Assembly: GCA_963763315.1 (NCBI GenBank)
Contig: CAVXOC010000003.1
Span: forward strand, 412,167-476,166
Length of the DNA: 64,000 bases
DNA from: an uncultured Actinomycetota bacterium
GTDB taxonomy: Bacteria; Actinomycetota; Actinomycetes; Actinomycetales; Dermatophilaceae
Direction of reading: 5' to 3'
Position 1 is the stretch's first letter. Every line of letters begins with the position of its first letter. This document shows positions 19,863-28,523 of the stretch, piece by piece. Both the position numbers and the translations under genes were made by a program. The notes below the pieces were generated by a model. The model saw only the letters and a list, made by a program, of their open reading frames with translations, had not been told where the DNA came from and ran no database searches.

Positions 19863-21227
19863 GTGAGCACGACCACCGTCCCCGATCCCGAGACCGGCGC
19901 CCGCGTCGCAGCGGACGACAAGGCCCACGTCTTCCACTCCTGGTCCGCCCAGGCCCTGATCAACCCGCTGCCCATCGCGGGGGCCGAGGGCTCGTACTTC
20001 TGGGACTACGAGGGCAACCGGTTCCTCGACTTCTCCAGCCAGCTCGTCAACGTCAACATCGGCTACCAGCACCCCAAGCTCGTCGCCGCGATCCAGGAGC
20101 AGGCGGCGCGGATGACGACGCTGGCGCCCACCTTCGCCGTCGACGTGCGTTCCGAGGCGGCCCGGCTCATCGCCGAGCTCGCGCCGGGCTCGCTGAACCG
20201 GGTGTTCTTCACCAACGGCGGGGCCGAGGCCACCGAGAACGCGATGCGGATGGCCCGGCTGCACACCGGGCGGCACAAGGTGCTGACGGCATACCGGAGC
20301 TACCACGGGGCGACCAACGGGGCGATCACCGCGACCGGGGACCCGCGCCGGTGGCCCTCGGAGCCCGGGATGCCGGGGATCGTCCACATGTGGGGCCCCT
20401 ACCCCTACCGCTCGGCGTTCCACGCGAGCACCCCCGAGGAGGAGCGCGACCGCGCCCTGCAGCACCTGCGCGAGACGATCATGGTCGAGGGCCCGACGAC
20501 GGTGGCGGCGATCATGCTCGAGACGGTCGTCGGCACCAACGGCGTCCTCGTGCCCCCGGACGGCTACCTCGCCGGGGTGCGGGAGATCTGCGACGAGTAC
20601 GGGATCGTCTTCATCGCCGACGAGGTGATGGCGGGGTTCGGTCGGTGCGGGGAGTGGTTCGCCGTCGACCACTGGGGCGTCACCCCCGACCTCATCGCCT
20701 TCGCCAAGGGGGTCAACTCCGGCTACCTCCCGATCGGCGGGGTCGTCATCTCCGACGCGATCGCCGCGAGCTTCGAGCAGCGCGCCTACCCCGGCGGGCT
20801 GACCTACTCGGGCCACCCGCTGGCCTGCGCCTCGGCCGTCGCGTCGATCGGGATCTTCAAGGAGGAGGGCATCCTCGAGAACGTCCGCACCGTGGCCGAG
20901 ACCGTCATCGCCCCCCGGCTGGCCGACATCGAGGCGAAACACCCGAGCGTCGGAGAGGTCCGCGGTCTCGGCTTCTTCTGGGCGGTCGAGCTGGTCCGAG
21001 ACAAGGAGACGCGCGAGCCGCTCGTGCCGTTCAACGCCTCGGGCGAGGCCGCGGCGCCGATGAACCGGTTCACCGCCGCCTGCAAGGCCGAGGGCCTGTG
21101 GCCGTTCACCCACTTCAACCGCACCCACGTCGTGCCCCCGTGCACGACGACGGCCGAGGAGATGGCCCTCGGCCTCGACATCCTCGACAAGGCCCTCGAC
21201 ACCGCCGACGAGTTCACCACCGGCTGA
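19863..21227 (+). CDS. Class III (omega) aminotransferase
   Basis: From GTG 19863: VFHSWSAQA...EGSYFWDYEGNRFLDFSSQLVNVNIGYQHPKLV..., FIADEVMAGFGRCGEWFA, FAKGVNSGYLPIGG. These are the PLP-Lys context of beta-alanine/GABA-type transaminases. Confidence 0.9.
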   Translation: MSTTTVPDPETGARVAADDKAHVFHSWSAQALINPLPIAGAEGSYFWDYEGNRFLDFSSQLVNVNIGYQHPKLVAAIQEQAARMTTLAPTFAVDVRSEAARLIAELAPGSLNRVFFTNGGAEATENAMRMARLHTGRHKVLTAYRSYHGATNGAITATGDPRRWPSEPGMPGIVHMWGPYPYRSAFHASTPEEERDRALQHLRETIMVEGPTTVAAIMLETVVGTNGVLVPPDGYLAGVREICDEYGIVFIADEVMAGFGRCGEWFAVDHWGVTPDLIAFAKGVNSGYLPIGGVVISDAIAASFEQRAYPGGLTYSGHPLACASAVASIGIFKEEGILENVRTVAETVIAPRLADIEAKHPSVGEVRGLGFFWAVELVRDKETREPLVPFNASGEAAAPMNRFTAACKAEGLWPFTHFNRTHVVPPCTTTAEEMALGLDILDKALDTADEFTTG

Positions 21228-21355
21228 GCATCGGCTCAGCCCGCCTCGGTTGAAGAGCACCACATACACATCGACCACATGCCCCCGGGCACCCACGAGC
21301 CCGACACGGGTCCGCCTGCTGGGTGGGATCCCCCCGCCGAAACGAAGGAGCAACG

Positions 21356-22858
21356 ATGAGCACCCCGTCCCGGATCACCCATCTGATCGCCGGCCGGCCC
21401 TGGGAGGGCACGGCACAGCGCACCGGCGCTGTCTTCAACCCTGCAACCGGCGAGCAGTCCGGCGTCGTCGACTTCGCCGGCGCCCAGCTCGTGAACGAGG
21501 TGGTCGCAGGAGCCAGGGCGGCGTGGGAGTCCGACTGGGGCAACGTCTCGCTCGCCAAGCGGACCCAGGTGCTGTTCCGGTTCCGTGAGCTCCTCAACGA
21601 GCGCAAGGAGGACATCGCGGCGCTTATCACCGCCGAGCACGGGAAGGTCCTCTCCGACGCTCTGGGCGAGGTCACCCGTGGCCTGGAGGTCGCCGAGTTC
21701 GCGTGCGGCATCCCGCACCTGCTCAAGGGTGGCTTCACCGAGAACGCGTCCACCGGTGTCGACGTCTACTCGATCCGGCAGCCGCTCGGCGTCGTCGCCG
21801 TCATCTCGCCGTTCAACTTCCCGGCCATGGTGCCGATGTGGTTCGTCCCGATCGCGATCGCGACCGGCAACGCCGTCGTCCTCAAGCCGAGCGAGAAGGA
21901 CCCGAGTGCGGCGCTGGCCGTGGCTGCGCTGTGGACCAAGGCCGGTCTGCCCGACGGGATCATGAACGTCGTCAACGGCGACAAGGAGGCCGTCGACGCC
22001 CTGCTGACCCATCCCGACATCAAGTCCGTTTCGTTCGTCGGCTCGACCCCGGTCGCGAAGTACGTCTACGAGACGGGCACCGCCCACGGCAAGCGGGTCC
22101 AGGCCCTCGGCGGAGCGAAGAACCACATGCTCGTCCTGCCCGACGCCGACCTCGACCTGGCCGCCGACGCCGCCGTCAACGCCGGCTTCGGCTCCGCCGG
22201 CGAACGGTGCATGGCGATCTCGGTCCTGCTGGCCGTGGACACGATCGCCGACGACCTCGTCGCGAAGATCACCGACCGGATGGGCAAGCTCGTCACCGGC
22301 GACGGCACCCGCGGCTGCGACATGGGCCCCCTGGTCACCGCCCAGCACCGCGACAAGGTCGCGTCCTACCTCGACGCGGGAACCCAGGCGGGCGCGACCC
22401 TGGTCGTCGACGGGCGCGGGGTCGAGATCGACGGCAAGGACGGGGGCTACTTCCTGGCGCCGTGCCTCTTCGACGACGTCACGCCCGACATGACCGTCTA
22501 CACCGACGAGATCTTCGGCCCGGTGCTGTCGGTGGTCCGGGTGAAGTCCTACGACGAGGGCCTCAAGCTCATCAACTCCAACCCCTATGGCAACGGCACC
22601 GCGATCTTCACCAACGACGGCGGCGCAGCCCGGCGCTTCCAGAACGAGGTCGAGGTCGGGATGATCGGCGTCAACGTGCCGATCCCGGTCCCGGTGTCCT
22701 ACTTCTCCTTCGGCGGCTGGAAGAACTCGCTCTTCGGCGACAGCCACGCCCACGGCATCGAGGGCGTGCACTTCTTCACCCGCGGCAAGGTCGTCACCTC
22801 CCGCTGGCTCGACCCCAGCCACGGCGGCCTCAACCTCGGCTTCCCCCAGAACACCTGA
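21356..22858 (+). CDS. mmsA: CoA-acylating methylmalonate/malonate-semialdehyde dehydrogenase
   Basis: From ATG 21356, preceded by a GAAGGAG RBS. ITHLIAGRPWEG..., PFNFPAMVPMWF, GSAGERCMA (catalytic Cys), C-terminal ...RWLDPSHGGLNLGFPQNT. Typical actinobacterial MmsA. Confidence 0.9.
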   Translation: MSTPSRITHLIAGRPWEGTAQRTGAVFNPATGEQSGVVDFAGAQLVNEVVAGARAAWESDWGNVSLAKRTQVLFRFRELLNERKEDIAALITAEHGKVLSDALGEVTRGLEVAEFACGIPHLLKGGFTENASTGVDVYSIRQPLGVVAVISPFNFPAMVPMWFVPIAIATGNAVVLKPSEKDPSAALAVAALWTKAGLPDGIMNVVNGDKEAVDALLTHPDIKSVSFVGSTPVAKYVYETGTAHGKRVQALGGAKNHMLVLPDADLDLAADAAVNAGFGSAGERCMAISVLLAVDTIADDLVAKITDRMGKLVTGDGTRGCDMGPLVTAQHRDKVASYLDAGTQAGATLVVDGRGVEIDGKDGGYFLAPCLFDDVTPDMTVYTDEIFGPVLSVVRVKSYDEGLKLINSNPYGNGTAIFTNDGGAARRFQNEVEVGMIGVNVPIPVPVSYFSFGGWKNSLFGDSHAHGIEGVHFFTRGKVVTSRWLDPSHGGLNLGFPQNT

Positions 22859-22869
22859 CCCACCCCGTC

Positions 22870-23260
22870 AAGGCTCCGGCGGGTACCCTCGCACAGGCGA
22901 TGCCCGCTCGGACACCTTGAACCGCCCCGGCATGTCCGGAGACTCTGCCCCGCCCCGGGTTCTGCGGAGTCGAACGGGCTTGATTCTCAGGCCACGAGAG
23001 TCTCGTTCTCGAACTGTATGAGGGAAGGCCCAGGAGCCGAACTGGACGCCCTGGTCGGTGCGATGTCCCGGCCGGCAGATCCAGGCGCCATGAGGCGCGG
23101 TCAGGTGCGTCGTCAGGATTGGCGTTCAGACCCAGCCTGTGACCGAGCAGTGGTTGCGGTGGGGATCCCTCTCCGGCTGGGGTGTGGTCCCGGCACCGCG
23201 GGATCACCACCGAGGAGTAGTCCCTATCGCTCGCTTCGGACTCCCATGGGGAGGGCACAC
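22870..23260 (-). pseudogene. Copy 2 of the repeated relic: probable rve (DDE) transposase remnant
   Basis: The minus-strand frames contain ...DPHRNHCSVTGWV*...ICRPGHRTDQGVQFGSWAF...GGAES..GRFKVSE. This resembles the D..SR.VVGW / H(S/T)D.G.QF.S..F / DNA.AES...LK.E blocks of IS3/IS481-type integrase cores, interrupted by stops and frameshifts. Confidence 0.45.
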
Positions 23261-23553
23261 AGTGATCTGGTCATCATCCGCGACCAGTCAGCCAGAGAGA
23301 CCGGGTCCCCCCGGCCGCCCGCGCCGGTCACGCTGGCCGGGGTCATGGGCCAACGCCGAACATCTCCCCAGGAGTCCCACCGCGAAGGACCTCCGCCGCT
23401 GGCAGTGATCTTCACGCGTGAGGTCTTGCACCCCAAGGAGATCGTCAGGACGGGGCCGCGGACTGGACCGAGCCGGGCCGTGGACAGGACGTGGTCGCCG
23501 AGAGCCAGGGGCCGTAACAATCCAGTAACGGAGGGAGGGGGACCTTGTCGTCC

Positions 23554-23585
23554 TGTAACTATTATGCAACTATCCTAATAATTAC
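23554..23585. promoter_or_regulatory. AT-rich dyad upstream of the sugar-type locus (candidate operator/promoter)
   Basis: TGTAACTATTATGCAACTATCCTAATAATTAC. GTAACTATTA and TAATAATTAC form an imperfect inverted repeat (1 mismatch) 11 nt apart. This is the only strongly AT-rich stretch for kilobases, about 55 bp upstream of the SDR start. Confidence 0.4.
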
Positions 23586-23640
23586 CGGTGCTCGGCTGCT
23601 CCAGGGCTGAGGCACGCCGATCGCAGCGAATGGAGCACCA

Positions 23641-24369
23641 GTGGCATACGAACTCAACGACCTCGCCGGCAAGGTCGCGGTCATCACAGGAGCCAGCACC
23701 GGGATCGGTGCCGCTCTCGCCAAGCGCCTGCACGAAGCGTCTGTGAAGGTCGTTCTCGCGTCCCGCAACGGAACCGACCTGGGCCTGGACGGAGCCATCG
23801 GGCAATCGTGTGACGTCCGGGACGTCGCCCAGCTCGAGTCACTGGTCGAAAAGGCCATGTCCACCTTCGGCCGGCTCGACATTCTGGTTGCCAACGCCGG
23901 GGTGGGTCACTACTCCGGATTTCTCGACACGCCGCGGGAGCACGTCGTCGAGATGATGGAAACGAATGCCCTGGGCACCATCAACCTCTATCGCGCCGGT
24001 TTGCCGCACATGATCAAGGCAGGCAACGGCGGGGATCTGATCACTGTCTCCAGCCAGGCAGGCCTTCACGGTTTCCCCGGTGAGGCAGTCTACTGTGCCA
24101 GCAAGTTCGCGCAGGTCGGGCTCACGCGAGCCATCGACGAGGAATTCCGCGAGATGGGGATACGCGCCGCGAGCATCTGTCCCGGCGGAATACACACCGA
24201 GTTCGCCATGGGCGAGGGGCGGGGTCGATCGCATGATGATGCCGAAGTCGCCACGATGATGTCGGCCGAGGATGTGTCCGAGGTCATCTATTTCACGCTG
24301 ACGCGCCCGAGAAGCATGCGGATGATGGAAGCGGGCCTGCAATCCATGAGCGAGGAGCTGGCGGGCTAG
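23641..24369 (+). CDS. SDR family oxidoreductase
   Basis: KVAVITGASTGIGAALA, YCASKFA, PGGIHTEF motifs. Confidence 0.85.
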   Translation: MAYELNDLAGKVAVITGASTGIGAALAKRLHEASVKVVLASRNGTDLGLDGAIGQSCDVRDVAQLESLVEKAMSTFGRLDILVANAGVGHYSGFLDTPREHVVEMMETNALGTINLYRAGLPHMIKAGNGGDLITVSSQAGLHGFPGEAVYCASKFAQVGLTRAIDEEFREMGIRAASICPGGIHTEFAMGEGRGRSHDDAEVATMMSAEDVSEVIYFTLTRPRSMRMMEAGLQSMSEELAG

Positions 24370-24408
24370 AGCCCGGTGAATTCGGTCCATCATCAGAGAG
24401 GAATTGCT

Positions 24409-25509
24409 ATGCGCATCAAGATCTTCACCGCTCTGGGCGCCGGGCTGCTTGTCACGAGCCTGGCCGCATGCGGAAGCAACAGCAAAGCTGGGGACAGCGG
24501 CTCAACTGGCGGTGGGGGCGTGGGCAAGATTGCGGTCCTGCTGCCCGACTCCAAGTCGTCGCCGCGCTGGGAGACCGCGGACCGGGTGTTCTTCGAGCAG
24601 ACGTTCAAGAAGGCCGGCCTCACTCCGGATGACTACATCATCAGCAATGCGGAGGGTGACCCCGCGGTCCAGCGCAGTCAGGCCGACCAGGCAATCACCG
24701 ACGGTGCCAAGGTCCTGTTGCTCGTGAACCTCGATAACGGATCAGGTGCTGCGATCATCGACACTGCCAAGGCGCAGGGCGTCTCAGTGATCGACTACGA
24801 CCGCCTTACCGTGGGCGGTAAGGCCGACTACTACGTCAGCGGCGACGCCACCGCGGCCGGACGGCTCCAGGGCCAAGGACTTGTGGACGACCTCAAGGGC
24901 GCGACGAAGCCGCGAGTCGCCATCCTGGACGGCGCGCCGACCGACTCGTTCGCCACCGACCTCGCCAAGGGCTACCACGAGGTCCTCGACCCGTTGTTCG
25001 CCTCGGGCGCGATGGAACTGGTCGACTCGCAGGCGGTCAAGGACTGGGACGGCGCCACCGCGCTGACGATCTTCGAGCAGATGCTGACCGCACACAACAA
25101 CAAGATCGACGGCGTCATTGCCGCCAACGACACGATCGCGAACGCTGTCGTCTCGGGTCTCAAGGCTGCCAATCTGCCGATGATTCCGATGAGCGGTCTT
25201 GACGGAACCATTCCGGCGCTTCAGCACATCCTGGCAAAAGAGCAGACCTTCACCGTGTACTTCTCGTACGGAACCCAGGCGGAGCTTGCCGGCAATCTGG
25301 CCGTTCAGCTGCTGAGGGGCGAGAAGCCGACAGGCATCACCGCCAGCGTCGACAACAATGGCGTCAAGGTGCCCGCGATGATGATCGACCCCGTCACGGT
25401 GCGCAGCGACAACATCGAGAAGACCGTCATCGCTGACGGACTCATCAAGTGGAAGGACATCTGCGTCGGCGAGTACGCCCAGTTCTGCCCCGCAGGCGTG
25501 GCCAAGTAG
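24409..25509 (+). CDS. Sugar ABC transporter substrate-binding lipoprotein (PBP type I, xylose/ribose-like)
   Basis: MRIKIFTALGAGLLVTSLAACGS is a lipobox signal peptide. KIAVLLPDSKSSPRWE... is typical of monosaccharide-binding proteins. Confidence 0.85.
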   Translation: MRIKIFTALGAGLLVTSLAACGSNSKAGDSGSTGGGGVGKIAVLLPDSKSSPRWETADRVFFEQTFKKAGLTPDDYIISNAEGDPAVQRSQADQAITDGAKVLLLVNLDNGSGAAIIDTAKAQGVSVIDYDRLTVGGKADYYVSGDATAAGRLQGQGLVDDLKGATKPRVAILDGAPTDSFATDLAKGYHEVLDPLFASGAMELVDSQAVKDWDGATALTIFEQMLTAHNNKIDGVIAANDTIANAVVSGLKAANLPMIPMSGLDGTIPALQHILAKEQTFTVYFSYGTQAELAGNLAVQLLRGEKPTGITASVDNNGVKVPAMMIDPVTVRSDNIEKTVIADGLIKWKDICVGEYAQFCPAGVAK

Positions 25510-25534
25510 CCAGGGACCAACGGTCGAGGCAGCG

Positions 25535-26803
25535 ATGGCTAGAACGACTACGGTGGGCTCTCCGAGCCTGATGAGGCAACTGAACCTGGACTCAGTGCTC
25601 CGTGTCATTCGTACACAAGGCCCGCTGCCTCGACCCGAGCTCGCTCGCGTGACGGGGCTGTCCATGCCCACGGTCAAACAGCTCGTCGATCTGCTGCTGG
25701 CCAAGGGGTACGTCGAAGAGGTCGATCCGCCGACCGACGTCAACCTGCCGAGACGGCCTGGCCCACGTCCGCGTTTCATCAGCTTCCGGGCGACCCTGGG
25801 CTATGTTCTCGCGGTTGACGCGGGAGCCGACAACACGGTCGCGAAGCTGGCAGATCTCTCGGGTTCCGTCGTCTCCACCGCACGCCTCGTCCGTCAGGAA
25901 CCCGCAGACCGCCACGCAGTACTCGACGCGATTCGGGCATCGGTCGATGAGGTGCTCCGTGACTCCGGGGTGCAGCGCAGCGACGTCAGGGCGATGGTCA
26001 TCGGTACTCCGGGCGTGGTCGACCCGCGGACGGGGCAGATCAGCCTCGCCCCACAGATCAGAGGGTGGGATGGAATCAGTCTCGGTTCGGAACTGTCCGA
26101 CGTAGCCGAGTGCCCGATCGTTGTCGAGAACGAGGCACACCTGTCTCTGCTCGCCGAGCAGTGGATCGGGGCAGCCCGCAGCTACCTGAATGTCGTCTAC
26201 GTCCAGTTGGGGATCGGTATCGGCGCGGCCATTCTCATCGATGGCCGCCTGTACCGGGGAAGCAGCGGCGCTGCCGGGGAGATCGCGTACCTCGTGACAG
26301 ACGCAGACGTGGACCAGCCACGGGAGTCCGCCGCCGGACCGTTCGAGTGGTTTGCTGGCGGCGACGCCTTTCGCAGGCGAGGTGCGATGGCCGCGAAAGG
26401 GGAGCGCGGCGCCATGCTGCTCTCCCTGGCTGGCGGTGATCCGCAGACGGTGACAGCACAGATCGTCTTCGATGCCGCGGCCGCCGGGGATGCTGCAGCG
26501 TTGGACGTGGCGACGGCCATCCTCGAGCGGCTCGGGCGCGAGGTCGCCAACATCGCATCGATCCTCAATCCGGATCTCATCCTGCTCGGAGGCGGGATCG
26601 CCAACGCTGGTGAAGGCGTCCTGGGTCCGATTCGGGAGGCCGTCGCCCGCTTCGCGCCAAGGCCGCCCGCAGTCCAACTGAGCGACCTGGGAGGCGACGG
26701 GACGGTCCTCGGAGCCATTCGACGGGCCATCGACCTCGCAGACGAAGCAACCTTCTCCTTCATTGCCACAATCGAGTCGCACAGTGAGGAAGTACCTTCA
26801 TGA
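25535..26803 (+). CDS. ROK family transcriptional regulator
   Basis: N-terminal wHTH (LMRQLNLDSVLRVIRTQGPLPRPELARVTGLSMPTVKQLVDLL), followed by a ROK sugar-kinase-like fold (GTPGVVD, ENEAHLSLLAEQW..., GGGIANAG). Confidence 0.85.
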   Translation: MARTTTVGSPSLMRQLNLDSVLRVIRTQGPLPRPELARVTGLSMPTVKQLVDLLLAKGYVEEVDPPTDVNLPRRPGPRPRFISFRATLGYVLAVDAGADNTVAKLADLSGSVVSTARLVRQEPADRHAVLDAIRASVDEVLRDSGVQRSDVRAMVIGTPGVVDPRTGQISLAPQIRGWDGISLGSELSDVAECPIVVENEAHLSLLAEQWIGAARSYLNVVYVQLGIGIGAAILIDGRLYRGSSGAAGEIAYLVTDADVDQPRESAAGPFEWFAGGDAFRRRGAMAAKGERGAMLLSLAGGDPQTVTAQIVFDAAAAGDAAALDVATAILERLGREVANIASILNPDLILLGGGIANAGEGVLGPIREAVARFAPRPPAVQLSDLGGDGTVLGAIRRAIDLADEATFSFIATIESHSEEVPS

Positions 26804-27717
26804 CGTTTAGCCCCCAGCTCGCCAGTTTCTTGCCCTTCAGGGACAAGGACGCCTGTACCGCAGCCAGAGGCATCCAGCGCCAGGACATCACAACCCACTG
26901 GAACCCGGACTTCCACATCCGAGTAGAAGAAGACAAGCACGCCTTCTATTCGGCGTTCGCCCAAGACCTGGTCAACCGCATCCGCGCCGCTCGCGACGAA
27001 GGACGTGAGTTCGTCGCCATCCTGCCGTGCGGGCCGGTTCCGCAGTATGCCGAAGCCGCCAGGATCATTAACCAGGAGCGACTGAGCCTGTCGCACGTGC
27101 GCACCTTCAACATGGACGAGTATGCCGACGAGGAGGGGCGCACGGCTCCCGCTGACTGGGAGGGCTCGTTCGCGACTGCTATGTGGAAGAACTTCTTCGG
27201 ACTGGTCGATCCCGAACTGCTCCCGCACAGGACCAATATCCACTTCCCTTCGAGCGACAACATCTCCAGCTACTCAACCATGATCGAGAACGCAGGGGGC
27301 GCCGATGTGTGCTACGGCGGCATCGGCTGGAGCGGTCACATGGCGTTCTGGGAGCCGCAGATCGGAGCGGAGTTCGCGGGGGACCTCGATGCCTACCGAG
27401 CCGCACCGGCGCGCATAGTCGAGTTGCATCCAATGACGATTATGCAGAACGCGCTCCATTCATTCGGAGCCGACTGGTCGTGGGTTCCTCCCCGGGCTGC
27501 AACGGTCGGCCCCAAGGACATCCTGGGCGCCAGGCACCGTTCGTTCTGGCTGGACGGCTACCTCGGCGGCGGAGTGGCGTGGCAGCGATTCATTGCGCGC
27601 CTGGTGGCACACGGCCCGGTCAATGAGTTCGTGCCTGGGTCGATGCTTCAGGAAACCCGATGCGACTACACGATCCTAGGGGCGGTGGCGGACAACGTGG
27701 AGATCCACATGGCCTAG
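26800..27717 (+). CDS. Glucosamine-6-phosphate deaminase/isomerase-family protein (NagB-like, divergent)
   Basis: VAILPCGPVP...VRTFNMDEY...GGIGWSGHMAFWEP parallels the NagB GLATGSTP / FNLDEY / GIGPDGHIAFNEP blocks. It is longer than canonical NagB. Confidence 0.7.
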   Translation: MTFSPQLASFLPFRDKDACTAARGIQRQDITTHWNPDFHIRVEEDKHAFYSAFAQDLVNRIRAARDEGREFVAILPCGPVPQYAEAARIINQERLSLSHVRTFNMDEYADEEGRTAPADWEGSFATAMWKNFFGLVDPELLPHRTNIHFPSSDNISSYSTMIENAGGADVCYGGIGWSGHMAFWEPQIGAEFAGDLDAYRAAPARIVELHPMTIMQNALHSFGADWSWVPPRAATVGPKDILGARHRSFWLDGYLGGGVAWQRFIARLVAHGPVNEFVPGSMLQETRCDYTILGAVADNVEIHMA

Positions 27718-27746
27718 GGGACTGCGGAAACTTGAGAGGAGGAAAG

Positions 27747-28523
27747 ATGACACAGGCTCCTTTGCTGGAGTTGCGAGGAGCGTCAAAGCACTTCGGTGCC
27801 GTGCAGGCGCTTAGCAACGTTGATATGACTATCAATCCGGGCGAGATCGTGGCTCTCGTCGGTGACAACGGATCCGGCAAGTCCACGCTGATCAAGTCCG
27901 TAGCTGGTATCCATCAGGTCAGCAGCGGGGCGATTCTCTGGAATGGTGACCCGGTCGCGATCCGGTCGCCCCGGGATTCGGCGGAGCTAGGCATCGAAGT
28001 CGTCTACCAGGATCTTGCGCTGGCGGACAACCTAGACGTGGTCGAGAACATGTTCCTCGGACGCGAACAGACCAACAAGCTGGGCAGGCTGGACCACAAC
28101 GGCATGGAATGTCGTGCGCTGGAGGTGCTCGAACAACTCGGCGTGACCACGATTCCTTCGGTCCGGCAGCCGGTCGCGAGTCTCTCTGGGGGTCAGCGCC
28201 AGTCAGTCGCCGTGTCAAAGGCGGTAATGTGGAGTGCCAAGATCGTCCTTCTCGATGAACCCACGGCCGCCTTGGGCGTCGAGCAGACCAGGCACGTGCT
28301 CGATCTTGTTCTGCGACTGGGCCAGCAAGGGCTCGGCGTCCTCCTGATCTCGCACAATCTCCATGATGTGTTCGAGGTTGCGGACCGCATCGTCGCTCTG
28401 CGACTCGGCCAGAAGGTCGCCGAATTCGACCGTCGCACCGCAACACAGACCGACATTGTCGAAGCCATCACGTTCGGCAGGATCTCCTCCGTTCCGGGAC
28501 AAACTGAGGCGACGACATCATGA
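27747..28523 (+). CDS. Sugar ABC transporter ATP-binding protein (single NBD)
   Basis: GEIVALVGDNGSGKST (Walker A), LSGGQRQ (signature), VLLDEPTAAL (Walker B). Start at ATG 27747 after a GGAGGAAAG RBS. Confidence 0.9.
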   Translation: MTQAPLLELRGASKHFGAVQALSNVDMTINPGEIVALVGDNGSGKSTLIKSVAGIHQVSSGAILWNGDPVAIRSPRDSAELGIEVVYQDLALADNLDVVENMFLGREQTNKLGRLDHNGMECRALEVLEQLGVTTIPSVRQPVASLSGGQRQSVAVSKAVMWSAKIVLLDEPTAALGVEQTRHVLDLVLRLGQQGLGVLLISHNLHDVFEVADRIVALRLGQKVAEFDRRTATQTDIVEAITFGRISSVPGQTEATTS

